Below, in pieces: positions 35,508 to 45,757 of a stretch of 64,000 nt of DNA. Where the stretch lies: NCBI GenBank assembly GCA_028718605.1, contig JAQULM010000002.1, positions 1,776 through 65,775 of the forward strand, in the 5' to 3' direction. Made by a program: the position numbers and the translations under genes. The stretch is from Patescibacteria group bacterium. Its GTDB lineage: Bacteria > Patescibacteriota > Patescibacteriia > UBA10025 > JAHIVO01. The notes beneath the pieces are model-generated. The model did not search any database and was not told the origin of the DNA. It saw only the letters and a list, made by a program, of their open reading frames with translations. Within the stretch, counting starts at the first letter, position 1. Each line of letters opens with the position of its first letter.

Positions 35508-36606
35508 TTATTTTTTTACCGTTAATCGTAAATAATGTTCAATGAAGCTGTCGATCATGCCATCCAACACCGATGCGACATCGGCTGTTTCGTGTTTCGT
35601 CCGATGGTCTTTCACCATCGTATACGGCTGCAATACGTACGAGCGAACCTGATTGCCCCAGGCTGCTTCCTGGTACTCCCCGCGGAGCTGCTGTTTCTCT
35701 TTCTGCTGGTCCTGCACCCGCAAGGCGTGGAGTTTGCTCCGAAGTATTTTTAAGGCTGTTTCCCTATTCTGCTGCTGCGAACGTTCATTCTGGCACGCAA
35801 CCGTGATCCCGGTCGGCTTATGAACGATGCGAACTGCCGAATACGTCGTATTCACCGATTGCCCGCCGTGCCCGGACGAGAGGTACGTGTCAACGCGAAT
35901 ATCCTTTTCATCGATCTTCTCCTCTTGGACGTCCGTCATTTCGGGGAGCACCTCCACGAGCGCGAATGAGGTATGCCGCATCTTCTCCGCGTCAAAAGGT
36001 GATATTCGCACCAGGCGGTGCACGCCGGCCTCGGCTTTCAGAAACCCATACGCATACCGACCCCGTACTTCCATCGTAATGCTCTTGATACCGGCCTCGT
36101 TCCCGATGGATTCATCAACAACGCGCACGATCCACCCTTTCCGCTCCGCAAACCGGAGATACATCCGCAAGAGCATAGCCGCCCAATCTTGTGCATCAAC
36201 GCCGCCAGTGCCTGCGTGGATAGCTACAATCGCATTACGTTCATCATACTCTCCGGATAACAGGATGTAAAACTCAAGCGAATCAAACGTTTTTTGGAGT
36301 TTTTGGAGTTGCTCCTCGAAATACGCCTTCATCGTATGCTCGTTCTCCCGTTCAGCCTCCTCCGCGATTGCCAGCAAATCATGCGTTTCCCGCTCTATCT
36401 GTTCCCACCGCTGGAGCTCGCTTTTCAGCTCGTCTAAACGCTGGCTCTTGGCTTTTGCCCTGTCTTGCTGGGACCAGAAATCAGGCTCAGACATCTCAGA
36501 CTCGAGCGTTGTTATCTCGTTTTTTACGCTATCCAGGTCAAAGAAACCTCCATGTACGGAAGATTTTTTCCTGCAAAACCCGAATCTTCTCGATTAACTC
36601 CTTCAT
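35508..36606 (-). CDS. prfB: Peptide chain release factor 2 with +1 programmed frameshift
   Basis: ATG 36606 opens 22 codons ending TGG AGG TTT CTT TGA C; the +1 frame continues into the ORF with SPF and GGQ motifs. Confidence 0.95.
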
Positions 36607-36806
36607 AGCTCTGCGCTCAAAGATATAGTGGCATAATAGCGGAAACCTCCCGGTTTGGCAAATTTGACATGACAGGCCCCAGGATGATACGCTTACTCCG
36701 GAACATACGATTGCATAAATGTAAAAAACTGGCTGCGGACGACGCGCAACTTTGCCCCGTTTCCCGCATTCTCTTTTTTATTAATAAATACCTAACGAAC
36801 CAGCCT

Positions 36807-38150
36807 ATGAGGCAAAAAAAGCCAACGAGCGTCGACGAATTATTCGAAAAAATGAACGAAAAGAATGTCGCGTTCATCAGGCTGCTCTTCACTGATATCC
36901 TCGGCATGCTCAAGAGCATAAGCGTTTCGCGCCGGGAGATCGAAAAAATCCTGACGCACGGCCAAGCAATAGATGGATCGTCAATTGAGGGCTTTGCGCG
37001 CATCGAAGAGTCAGATCTGGTTATCAAACCGGACATCCACACGTTTAAAGTATTCCCGTGGCAGATTAACGGCGACACGGTCGGTTCTATGTTTTGCGAT
37101 GTGGGAACACCGGACGGGAAACCATACGAGGGTGACCCCCGCTACATACTCAAACAGATGGTTGAGCGCGCAACTAGCGAAGGTTATATCCCCAAAGTCG
37201 GCCCCGAAATCGAATACTTCTATTTCAAGGACGGCGCCAGCACCGAACTGATAGACCACAACGGTTATTTTGACGCCTCGACAGTCGACCAAGGCACCCG
37301 CGCACGCAAACGGGCGGTAACCGCACTGGAACAAATGGGGGTAAAGGTTGAGAGCCTGCACCATGAAGTCGGCCATTCACAGCATGAGATCGATCCTCAC
37401 TACCACCGCCCGATAAAAATGGCAGACCAAGTCATGACCGCCCGGTTTATTATCAAAGAAACAGCGATCCAGGAACAAATTTATGCAACGTTCATGCCAA
37501 AACCAATACCGGACCAGAATGGATCAGGTATGCACGTGCACCTCTCGCTTTCTCAGGAAGCGCATGGGAGCCAGCGCAATATTTTTTACGACCCAAAAGG
37601 CGCCTGCTCACTGTCACCAATCGCCTACCAATGCATCGGCGGCCTTCTCCGCCACAGCAAAGCGATGTGCCTCGTCACCAACCAGTGGGTCAATTCCTAC
37701 AAACGCATTATCCCCGGTTTTGAAGCTCCGGTGTATATTTCGTACGGTACGTGGAACCGGAGCTCTCTCATACGCATACCGATCTGCAAAAACCCGCAGT
37801 CTGCCCGCATTGAGCTCCGGAATCCGGATCCGGCATGTAATCCCTACCTCGTTTTCGCGGTCATGCTCGCGGCTGCGCTTGACGGCATCAAAAACCCCCA
37901 GCCCTTGCCGCCGCCTGTTGAGGATGATGTGTATACGATGACGGAAGCCCGGCGCGAAGAACTGAATATCGACTCCTTGCCGGCAAACTTAAATGAGGCG
38001 ATTGAGCATTTCCAGTCAGATCCGCTCATGAAGCAAACGCTTGGGGAACACGCGTTTAAATCCCTCATAGCTAACAAGCGGATCGAGTGGGATAATTTCA
38101 GGCGTGCCATTACGGACTACGAGCTGAAAAACTACCTCCCAATTCTTTAG
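36807..38150 (+). CDS. glnA: Glutamine synthetase type I
   Basis: 'DGSSIEGFARIEESD', 'HHEV..SQHEI', 'FMPKP..NGSGMHVH', 'NSYKRIIPGFEAP', 'RIELRNPDPACNPYL'. Confidence 0.95.
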   Translation: MRQKKPTSVDELFEKMNEKNVAFIRLLFTDILGMLKSISVSRREIEKILTHGQAIDGSSIEGFARIEESDLVIKPDIHTFKVFPWQINGDTVGSMFCDVGTPDGKPYEGDPRYILKQMVERATSEGYIPKVGPEIEYFYFKDGASTELIDHNGYFDASTVDQGTRARKRAVTALEQMGVKVESLHHEVGHSQHEIDPHYHRPIKMADQVMTARFIIKETAIQEQIYATFMPKPIPDQNGSGMHVHLSLSQEAHGSQRNIFYDPKGACSLSPIAYQCIGGLLRHSKAMCLVTNQWVNSYKRIIPGFEAPVYISYGTWNRSSLIRIPICKNPQSARIELRNPDPACNPYLVFAVMLAAALDGIKNPQPLPPPVEDDVYTMTEARREELNIDSLPANLNEAIEHFQSDPLMKQTLGEHAFKSLIANKRIEWDNFRRAITDYELKNYLPIL

Positions 38151-38159
38151 AATACGACC

Positions 38160-38192
38160 AAAAAGCCCAGCATGATGCATGCCGGGCTTTTT
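38160..38192. terminator. Bidirectional terminator
   Basis: AAAAAGCCCAGCAT-GATGC-ATGCCGGGCTTTTT between convergent genes. Confidence 0.7.
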
Positions 38193-38213
38193 GTATTATT
38201 ACTCGATATTTCT

Positions 38214-38741
38214 TTATGCTGCCATACTGAGTCTTTCCTGTTGTGCATTCGTGCCCTTGGCGATCGCATCATAAAACTCGGCGCAAGGAGTTTTCGGGGC
38301 CATTGCTTTCCGCTGGGATATGCTCACCCAGAAATCACGGGCACCCTTTGCTTGTCGTGCTTCAGCCATCAGCTGGTTGAATAATCGATCTTGTTCGCCA
38401 TGCACCGTGACGCCTCCTTGTTCGAGTACATTGCGCAGCGTATCGATGAGTGAACGGATTTCTGGGCTATGCTCATAGATTCTCAAAACTGTCCATTCCT
38501 CACCCCGGTAGTACTTGCGCATCGTATCGTAGAATTGCTCGAGATCACCCTTCCACGATTCAAATAGTGCCTCTGCATCGAGAGGACCCTCAACGCTCGC
38601 TTCTTGCTTTTCAGCAATCGTGTGCCTCCTATCATCTGGCGCCTGCTTGTCAGTATCCCCGCGGACCGGACTACCAGACCGTCCTGTGCCGTCTTCCGCG
38701 ACAAACATATCGTCCTGCTCCTGGCGTTCGTGCATTGCCAT
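38214..38741 (-). CDS. Hypothetical protein
   Basis: 175-aa ORF filling the gap after htrA; no motif recognised. Confidence 0.55.
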   Translation of the reverse strand: MAMHERQEQDDMFVAEDGTGRSGSPVRGDTDKQAPDDRRHTIAEKQEASVEGPLDAEALFESWKGDLEQFYDTMRKYYRGEEWTVLRIYEHSPEIRSLIDTLRNVLEQGGVTVHGEQDRLFNQLMAEARQAKGARDFWVSISQRKAMAPKTPCAEFYDAIAKGTNAQQERLSMAA

Positions 38742-38762
38742 ATGCGTGATTTTATATAATGA

Positions 38763-40103
38763 TTATCCCGCAGCTTCTTCAAGAGTCGCCTGAATTGATT
38801 TTTCTTCACCGTCATGCATAATCTTGAGGCTAACGACGTCGCCAGGGTCATACTTCTGGAGTTCTCCAGCGAGGCTGTGATCATCATCAATCCGCTGGCC
38901 GTCGATTTCCAAGATAATATCGTTCTCGACAAGGCCCGCTTTATCAGCCGGGCTCCCTGATACGATCGCAAGTTCGCCGACACTGTCGCCGCGCACGATC
39001 AGTGCGCCATAATTCACCGATAGGTTGTTTTGTTTGGCAATTTCCTCGTTAATGATAATATACCGCACGCCAAGATATGGCCGTACAATTTTACCGAACT
39101 CCTCCACGCTCGCGATTGCCTTCTTGGCCTGATTGATCGGGATTGCGAATCCGATTAACTGCCCCTCCCGGCTGATCGCGGTATTTATGCCAATGACTTG
39201 GCCATCCAAATTCAGCAGTGGGCCACCCGAATTGCCGGAATTGATTGACGCGTCAGTCTGAATAATATCTTCAAGGGTTTCGGCGCTTCCCTGCCCGTCG
39301 CTCGCGTTGATCGTACGAGACAATCCCGAGACGACGCCTCGCGTAACGGTGTTCTGGTATTGGCCGAGGGAATTGCCGATCGCGATGACCGTTTGGCCGA
39401 TCTGTAAAGCATCGGAATCTCCGAGCTGAACAACCGGCAAGTTGTTCGCGTCAATTTTTATCAGTGCAATGTCATTGAATGGATCCTCGTCGATGACGGT
39501 TGCAGTATATTCTGTCTGGTCGTTCATGACGACCGTATATTCAGCCCCCTCGGTCGAAACAACGTGCTTATTCGTCAGGATCATGCCGTCAGCCGAAACA
39601 ATAAAACCGGTACCTGCCCCTACCTGCTGCATGCCCTGGGATTCTTGCTGGTCAGACGGGGTGCCAAAAATATTGAAGGGAAACTGCCCGGAACCGGTCA
39701 TCCCATAAATTTTGCTCAAATCCTGAGAAATGACAATGCTGACAACTGCAGGACTGGCTTTTTTTACGACATCGATCGTTGCTGAATTTTCCTGAACCGT
39801 GATACTCTTTATATCACCCGCCAGCACTGACTGTGCGGCTGCCTTTACGGACGAATTTGCGGACTCCTCGCTACCAAATACATTCTCCCGAACCCACGCA
39901 GCGGCATCCTGGTCAGTCGCCATCCACGCAGCGAACACGGCGCCTGATAACCCACTGATAAGAATACTGACAATTACTACTCCGATAATAATTCGTGGCA
40001 CAGATTGCACTGGGCCTGCGTGTGCTGGCATGCCGCGAGAACCCGGACTCTGCTCACTGAGTACTGAACTTGGATTTGCTGATTTCTTGCTGAGAATAGC
40101 CAT
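38763..40103 (-). CDS. htrA: HtrA/DegP-like serine protease with one PDZ domain
   Basis: TM; 'GTGFIV..ILTNKHVV', 'NDIALIKI', 'QTDASINSGNSGGPL'; PDZ 'GSPADKAGL'. Confidence 0.93.
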   Translation of the reverse strand: MAILSKKSANPSSVLSEQSPGSRGMPAHAGPVQSVPRIIIGVVIVSILISGLSGAVFAAWMATDQDAAAWVRENVFGSEESANSSVKAAAQSVLAGDIKSITVQENSATIDVVKKASPAVVSIVISQDLSKIYGMTGSGQFPFNIFGTPSDQQESQGMQQVGAGTGFIVSADGMILTNKHVVSTEGAEYTVVMNDQTEYTATVIDEDPFNDIALIKIDANNLPVVQLGDSDALQIGQTVIAIGNSLGQYQNTVTRGVVSGLSRTINASDGQGSAETLEDIIQTDASINSGNSGGPLLNLDGQVIGINTAISREGQLIGFAIPINQAKKAIASVEEFGKIVRPYLGVRYIIINEEIAKQNNLSVNYGALIVRGDSVGELAIVSGSPADKAGLVENDIILEIDGQRIDDDHSLAGELQKYDPGDVVSLKIMHDGEEKSIQATLEEAAG

Positions 40104-40232
40104 ACGCACTATGATAAATGATAAGCTGCATACTATATTATGCGGCGAATTTTTACCCCATGTCAATACGTGAAAAACTATAAAAAAACAGGGAATGAGC
40201 CTGTGAACGAGCTTTTGTACACTCTGAGTACG

Positions 40233-41153
40233 CTATGATGTGAAAATCGTGTGAAGATCAACGATTTCAAATCCCTTTGCCTTTAGCTGTGTGATAATAT
40301 CGGGTAAAATTTCCGCTGTTGTTGAGTTGGCTGCCTGCATTAATATTATTGAACCATTGCCCACGGTTGAGAGAATCCGCTCCTTGGATTGTTGTGCCGT
40401 ATAGTCCGATGACCAATCCATGGCATCAACCGTCCACGTGATAGGACAGTACCCCGCTTCTTTCACGGCCGTAACCACATCTTCGTCCGCTTCGCCATAG
40501 GGCGGGCGGAAAAATGGTTTTGTGGTTTTACCAGTCTTCGCTGATACTGCAGTTTCAGTTTTTGCGAGCTGTTCCGCAATCCCGCTCTCGGGCATATCAT
40601 TGAAATGCGGGTGGTTATAGCTCAAATTATATACGGGATGCCCTGCGTTACTGATCTTTACTATTAAATCCGGATTATTCTCCGCAACGTCACCCCGCGC
40701 AAAAAAGCTCGCGGGCGTATCGTTCGTAGTAAGCGCGTCAAGTACTGTTTGCAATTGCCCTTCTTTGGCCGTACCGACATTAAACGTCAGGCTGACCCGC
40801 TTTTGAGCAGTCTTTCCCCGGGAAAGGACGCCGGTGCATCCGGTAAGATCAAAATCATCGGCGCCAGCCATGTCGACGGTAGTATTAGTATTAACATTTG
40901 AGTTCGCGGCACTATTTATATTGCTATTTGCGTCTTGATTGGTACCAGTCGTGTTAGTCTGCTCAGTAGCAAATGCATTCGAATTCGGCAATACGGATTC
41001 GACCTCCTGAGTACCGCTAAAAACTGACCGGCCAATCAAATATACTACAAAAACAATGCCAACAAGAATCAAGCCATTGAGGATCCGGGATTTCGAGATG
41101 GTCCGCCGCGGTCGGTACCGCTGGTACTGCTGGGATTGACGGTATGGTTGCAT
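40233..41153 (-). CDS. Polysaccharide deacetylase (NodB/CE4) fold protein, probably inactive
   Basis: 'FFRPPYG' and 'WTVDAMDW' retained; TFDD is TFNV, HSxxH is LSYNH, LxH is LMQ. Confidence 0.85.
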   Translation of the reverse strand: MQPYRQSQQYQRYRPRRTISKSRILNGLILVGIVFVVYLIGRSVFSGTQEVESVLPNSNAFATEQTNTTGTNQDANSNINSAANSNVNTNTTVDMAGADDFDLTGCTGVLSRGKTAQKRVSLTFNVGTAKEGQLQTVLDALTTNDTPASFFARGDVAENNPDLIVKISNAGHPVYNLSYNHPHFNDMPESGIAEQLAKTETAVSAKTGKTTKPFFRPPYGEADEDVVTAVKEAGYCPITWTVDAMDWSSDYTAQQSKERILSTVGNGSIILMQAANSTTAEILPDIITQLKAKGFEIVDLHTIFTS

Positions 41154-41266
41154 ACGTAGATCAATCAGACTTTGCTTGGTACTAGTATATCAAAAAAGGA
41201 ATGAAAAATAAAGACGCTCGCCTCGCGTTCATCCGCATGCGCCCGCAAAGAGGGATCTATGGGGAG

Positions 41267-41749
41267 CTACTCGACTGCAACCGCTTCGTACCGCAGAAGG
41301 ACCGAGTCGCCGAACACGATGGCATCGCTGGTACTCCAGGAAGTTTTCCGTTCCCCATTAACATACAGGTTCCATGCCTTCTCGCCATCTTGGTTTGCGA
41401 AATCGCCAACTGACGCAACAGACATCCCCGATGCGCCCACCGGTAATGCGATCGGGAGGCCGAATGCTGATGCGGCTTCCCGCAACACTTCAGAAACACC
41501 GATCGTGCCGTTCAATGGCACCTCAGCAGCGAGCGTCGTCCCGAGACCGCGATCAATAACGACCCGGACAACTTGTATTTCGGTACCCGCAACAGTACCG
41601 CTGAGCCGCCCGACGACGATATCGGCGGACTGTGCAAGAAAATCCACCTCCTCGAAAACAGTAAAGGATACCGCCGTAATTAGCATCACCGCTGCGAGGG
41701 TAATCCCAAGGAGGCCGATTGTCCCACTAATTGTTTGGATGCGCTTCAT
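41267..41749 (-). CDS. DUF4430-like domain protein
   Basis: TM plus 'VASVGDFAN...AWNLYVNG....DAIVFGDSVLLRY'. Confidence 0.65.
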   Translation of the reverse strand: MKRIQTISGTIGLLGITLAAVMLITAVSFTVFEEVDFLAQSADIVVGRLSGTVAGTEIQVVRVVIDRGLGTTLAAEVPLNGTIGVSEVLREAASAFGLPIALPVGASGMSVASVGDFANQDGEKAWNLYVNGERKTSWSTSDAIVFGDSVLLRYEAVAVE

Positions 41750-41789
41750 AGTTTATATAAATCAACCCTCCCTCGTTAATATTTGCTTC

Positions 41790-42263
41790 TTATTGTCCTT
41801 GCTTGAACCGTTCCCTGCCCAAGAGTTTCTTGAGCTCATGCTGGAACGTCTGGGCGTCCTTGAAGGAACGGTACACCGAAGCAAACCTGATATACGCGAC
41901 CTGGTCCTGCTTCCGCAAATGCTTCATGATGATTTCCCCGATCTTGCTTGTCTTAATTTCATCCTTTGCATTAAGCTGGATATCACGCTCGATCTGGCTG
42001 ACAAGCAGCCGGAACTCGTCCTGCGTAATCGGCCGTTTTTCGAAAGACTTCCTCAGCCCATTCTCCATCTTGGTCTTCGAGTACGGCTCACGCCTACCGT
42101 CACGCTTGATAACCGACAAATTTAAAATTTCAACCTCCTCATACGTCGAGAACCGGAAGGCGCATTTCAAACACTCACGCCGCCGCCGGATCGCCATTCC
42201 GTCATCAACAATGCGGGAATCGGTCACCTTGGTATCAGGATTATGGCATGCGGGACATCGCAT
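41790..42263 (-). CDS. nrdR: Transcriptional repressor NrdR
   Basis: 'MRCPAC..TKVTDSR..IRRRRECLKC..RFSTYE', 'DQVAYIRFASVY'. Confidence 0.97.
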   Translation of the reverse strand: MRCPACHNPDTKVTDSRIVDDGMAIRRRRECLKCAFRFSTYEEVEILNLSVIKRDGRREPYSKTKMENGLRKSFEKRPITQDEFRLLVSQIERDIQLNAKDEIKTSKIGEIIMKHLRKQDQVAYIRFASVYRSFKDAQTFQHELKKLLGRERFKQGQ

Positions 42264-42386
42264 AAGAATATACTGCTCTTTATTGTATATCTACTTTACA
42301 GCATCAAACGAAGAAGCGCAACCGCATAGAGCACACGGTGCCTTCCGATGAACAAGGGCTCGCGATGGCAGCGCATTCTTGCGCCC

Positions 42387-43586
42387 CTACATCATCTTCT
42401 TCCTGATGAATGCGGGAATCTCCAGGTCGTCCTCTTCTTTCTGCTTCTGGGGTTCTTTGCGGACTTCTGGCATGGGCTGCCGCGGAGTAACAACCGGGCG
42501 TCGTTCGAATGCAGACCGCATCGGTGCGGGAGAAAACGCACTGTCGCGCTGATCACGATTTGAGGTTCCGAAATCTACTGGCTTGATCTTCTTGATAGTC
42601 TTCTGCTTCCCGCCGAAGCCTGTCGCGATGACGGTAATTTTTACACTGTCTTTCATCGAATCTTCGATAACAGAACCAAAAATTACTCGTGCATTCGGCT
42701 CTGCGGATGATGTAATAATTCGAGCGGCTTCGTTCACCTCATACATGCCGAGATCGGGTCCGCCGGTAATCGTGAAAAGAATTCCTTTCGCACCTTCGAT
42801 AGAAAGCTCGAGAAGTGGACTATCGATCGCCGCCTTCGCTGCATCAATAGCCCTATTTTCGCCGGAACCCCGACCGATACCCATGAGTGCCGATCCTGCG
42901 CTTTCCATGATCGAGCGGACATCCGCAAAATCGACGTTTATCAAACCAGGCACCGTAATGAGATCGGAAATCCCCTGCACGCCTTGGCGAAGAACTTCAT
43001 CGACGGTAGAAAACGCATCCAGAAGTGATGTCTTTTTGTCAATAATCTGGAGGATTCTATCATTGGGAATCGTAATGATCGTATCGACTTTATCGGAAAG
43101 CTCTCCCAAGCCCGAATCAGCGATCGATTTCCGCTGTGCGCCCTCGAATGAAAAAGGCTTCGTCACGACAGCGACAGTGAGAGCACCGACATCTTTGGCA
43201 ATATCGGCAATGAGGGGCCCAGCCCCCGTCCCGGTACCTCCGCCGAGGCCACACGTGATAAATACCATATCAGAACCTTTCAGCGTTTCATGAATCTCGT
43301 CTTGGTCTTCTTCGGCAGCTTTCCGCCCTAATTCAGGATCCATGCCCGCACCTAAACCACGCGTCGCTGTTTTTCCAATATGCAGCTTATGGGGCGCTTT
43401 CGAATGATGAAGTGCCTGGGCATCCGTATTTACCGCGATAAACTCTACGCCTCGGATTTTATCACTAATCATTCGGTCGATTGCAGCGCCTCCTGAGCCG
43501 CCAACACCGACAACCTTGATTTTTGCAAACGTCTCAATGTCGGGCTTAATTTCCATAGTATTCCGATTATTATTTTTATTCCTCAT
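42387..43586 (-). CDS. ftsZ: Cell division protein FtsZ
   Basis: 'IKVVGVGG', 'GGGTGTG', 'INVDFADV', C-terminal '[10 protein letters not shown]'. Confidence 0.98.
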   Translation of the reverse strand: MRNKNNNRNTMEIKPDIETFAKIKVVGVGGSGGAAIDRMISDKIRGVEFIAVNTDAQALHHSKAPHKLHIGKTATRGLGAGMDPELGRKAAEEDQDEIHETLKGSDMVFITCGLGGGTGTGAGPLIADIAKDVGALTVAVVTKPFSFEGAQRKSIADSGLGELSDKVDTIITIPNDRILQIIDKKTSLLDAFSTVDEVLRQGVQGISDLITVPGLINVDFADVRSIMESAGSALMGIGRGSGENRAIDAAKAAIDSPLLELSIEGAKGILFTITGGPDLGMYEVNEAARIITSSAEPNARVIFGSVIEDSMKDSVKITVIATGFGGKQKTIKKIKPVDFGTSNRDQRDSAFSPAPMRSAFERRPVVTPRQPMPEVRKEPQKQKEEDDLEIPAFIRKKMM

Positions 43587-43611
43587 ACCGCGGCCATCAA
43601 CAAATAGTTCC

Positions 43612-44865
43612 CTAGGGAATTAATGACTTAAACCACTTCTTCATTTTATCGGTGGCGTCGGAAACAGCGGAAAATTTCGGCAGAGAGCCGCGTCGTCCGC
43701 CGGATTCGCGCTCAGCTATGCCCATACCCCAATATAAGAGTCCAATGGCCGTGGAAAAATTCGGATCATTCACTTTGTCAACCGCCGTTGAACCCAGATC
43801 GATCGGATGCCCCAGTGATGCTGGTAATTTAAATTCACGCTTCGCGACTTCGACAAGGCCAGGAAGTTTGGATCCTCCACCGGTCAAAATAATGCCCGCA
43901 GGGAGCAAGCCCGACCGGTCAATTTTTTGAAGTTCTTTATCCGCCATTTTAAATATTTCTTCACAGCGCGCTTCAATAATCTCCGCAATATGGCGCTGCG
44001 ACACCACTCCCTCTTCACGTGAATCGATCTCCGCAAGATTTATCTCCTGCCGTTTATTTACTTCGTCGGGTAGCGCAGAGCCATACTCCAATTTAATCTT
44101 TTCCGCCAGGTCGATCGATGTTCGGAGACCAATCGCGATGTCATTCGTAATATGACTTGACCCAATCGGCAGAATAGCGGTATGGAGCACCTCCCCTTCT
44201 TCGAATACCAGCAAGCTGGTCGTCGAGCCTCCGATATTAAGGAGCGCAACGCCGAGATCCCGCTGCTTCTTCGTTAATACCGCCTCCGAGGCTGCAAGGA
44301 CGCCAAGAACAAGGTCATCGATATCGATGCCGGTTCGATAAATGCATTTCGTCAAATTTTTAATCTGCGATGTCAAACCCTGGATAATCTGAGCGTCGAC
44401 CTCGAGCCGGATACCGGTCATCCCGACAGGATCCTTAATACCCTTCTGATTGTCTACCGTGAAACTCCGGGGAATGACGTGTAATATCTCATAATTGGGA
44501 GGAGTAGCTACTGCTTGCGCAGCCTCAATTACCCGTTCAACGTCTTCCTCCTTGATTTCCCCGTCGGATTTCGATACAGCGATCACGCCGTGGCTGTCCT
44601 GGGACGTGATATGGCTGCCATTGATTCCGACAAACGCATGTTCAACGGGGATGCCAGTCATTCGCTCAACACTCTCGAGCGAAGCCGAAAGTGCCGACAC
44701 CGCATCTTCAATGCTTGTTACTGAGCCCTTGCTGATACCTTCTGCCGGATGCTCAGCAGCCCCTAAAACATGGATTTTCCGGTCATGGGGATTAACCTGG
44801 CCAACGACAATCCGAATCGCCGTCGAACCAATATCGAGCCCTGTGAAAATCTCTTCCTTTGCCAT
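43612..44865 (-). CDS. ftsA: Cell division protein FtsA
   Basis: 'GLDIGST', '[12 protein letters not shown]', 'NIGGSTT', 'LTGGGSKL', amphipathic C-terminus. Confidence 0.97.
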   Translation of the reverse strand: MAKEEIFTGLDIGSTAIRIVVGQVNPHDRKIHVLGAAEHPAEGISKGSVTSIEDAVSALSASLESVERMTGIPVEHAFVGINGSHITSQDSHGVIAVSKSDGEIKEEDVERVIEAAQAVATPPNYEILHVIPRSFTVDNQKGIKDPVGMTGIRLEVDAQIIQGLTSQIKNLTKCIYRTGIDIDDLVLGVLAASEAVLTKKQRDLGVALLNIGGSTTSLLVFEEGEVLHTAILPIGSSHITNDIAIGLRTSIDLAEKIKLEYGSALPDEVNKRQEINLAEIDSREEGVVSQRHIAEIIEARCEEIFKMADKELQKIDRSGLLPAGIILTGGGSKLPGLVEVAKREFKLPASLGHPIDLGSTAVDKVNDPNFSTAIGLLYWGMGIAERESGGRRGSLPKFSAVSDATDKMKKWFKSLIP

Positions 44866-44935
44866 ATCGTGGATAAAAAATATATACCTGTATTATACGC
44901 TATCCTGTCCGTATATGCAAAAGTCCTCCCCAAGC

Positions 44936-45304
44936 CTACCGTGACCAAATATATGGGGCAAACACCAGAATGCCCACTATTATCGCTCCGGCGGACGAAA
45001 CAAGGACGGCGGCAGCCATAACATCCTTGATTACCTCTGCATAAAAATGGATGCGGGGTTGCAACATGTCAACCAATTTCTCAAAAATGGTGTTAATAAG
45101 CTCCAAAACAAGAACAAACATCATTACCATGAGTAAAATAATTGCCTGCCAAAGCGTTACCTTGAGTACCACCATTAACGCGATAACTACCATGCTGACC
45201 ACTATTTGTATTCGGAGGTTTTGCTCAGACTTAAAGACAAACCAGAAACCGCGGAAGGCATACCTGAAACTCTTACCAAGCTTGCGAATATCAACCAGTG
45301 ACAT
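44936..45304 (-). CDS. dgkA: Diacylglycerol/undecaprenol kinase family
   Basis: 'SFRYAFRG..EQNLR', 'ELINTIFEKLVD', 'KDVMAAAVLV'. Confidence 0.9.
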   Translation of the reverse strand: MSLVDIRKLGKSFRYAFRGFWFVFKSEQNLRIQIVVSMVVIALMVVLKVTLWQAIILLMVMMFVLVLELINTIFEKLVDMLQPRIHFYAEVIKDVMAAAVLVSSAGAIIVGILVFAPYIWSR

Positions 45305-45314
45305 AGTATTTATA

Positions 45315-45752
45315 TTAACGACGGAGCCATTCACCCTGAATGCGCTCTTGGATTTTATTCATCTCCCGTTCTGCCGAGTCCGTATGGTGGTCAAAACCAA
45401 CGAGGTGCAAAAACCCATGGACAAGCAACAGTGAGAGGCGTCGCCGTATACGAATCCCGTCACGGCGCGCTTCAGCGCGGGCTCGAGGGTATGAAATGAT
45501 GATTTCACCCACATACGAACCTTCAACATTCGGCAATCTCGCCGGGCCTTCCGGAAACGACAAAACGTTCGTTGCCCGGTTCTTTCCCCGGTACCTGCGG
45601 TTCAGCGTTCGAACCGCAGCTGAACTAAGAAATGCGACCGACACTGCGGCATTCCGGTATCGCGGGAGAATTTTCGCAATTGATGAAAAAACAGCTCTCA
45701 CCGCTTCGCGTCGTACCGGAAACCTACCCCGAACATGTATATCAACCCTCAT
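45315..45752 (-). CDS. ybeY: rRNA maturation endoribonuclease YbeY
   Basis: 'LNRRYRGKNRATNVLSF', 'HGFLHLVGFDH'. Confidence 0.96.
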   Translation of the reverse strand: MRVDIHVRGRFPVRREAVRAVFSSIAKILPRYRNAAVSVAFLSSAAVRTLNRRYRGKNRATNVLSFPEGPARLPNVEGSYVGEIIISYPRARAEARRDGIRIRRRLSLLLVHGFLHLVGFDHHTDSAEREMNKIQERIQGEWLRR

Positions 45753-45757
45753 GGCGC

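Noticed and set aside
35500-35520. glmS ribozyme
   Set aside because: glmS starts 1 bp after the prfB stop, leaving no room.
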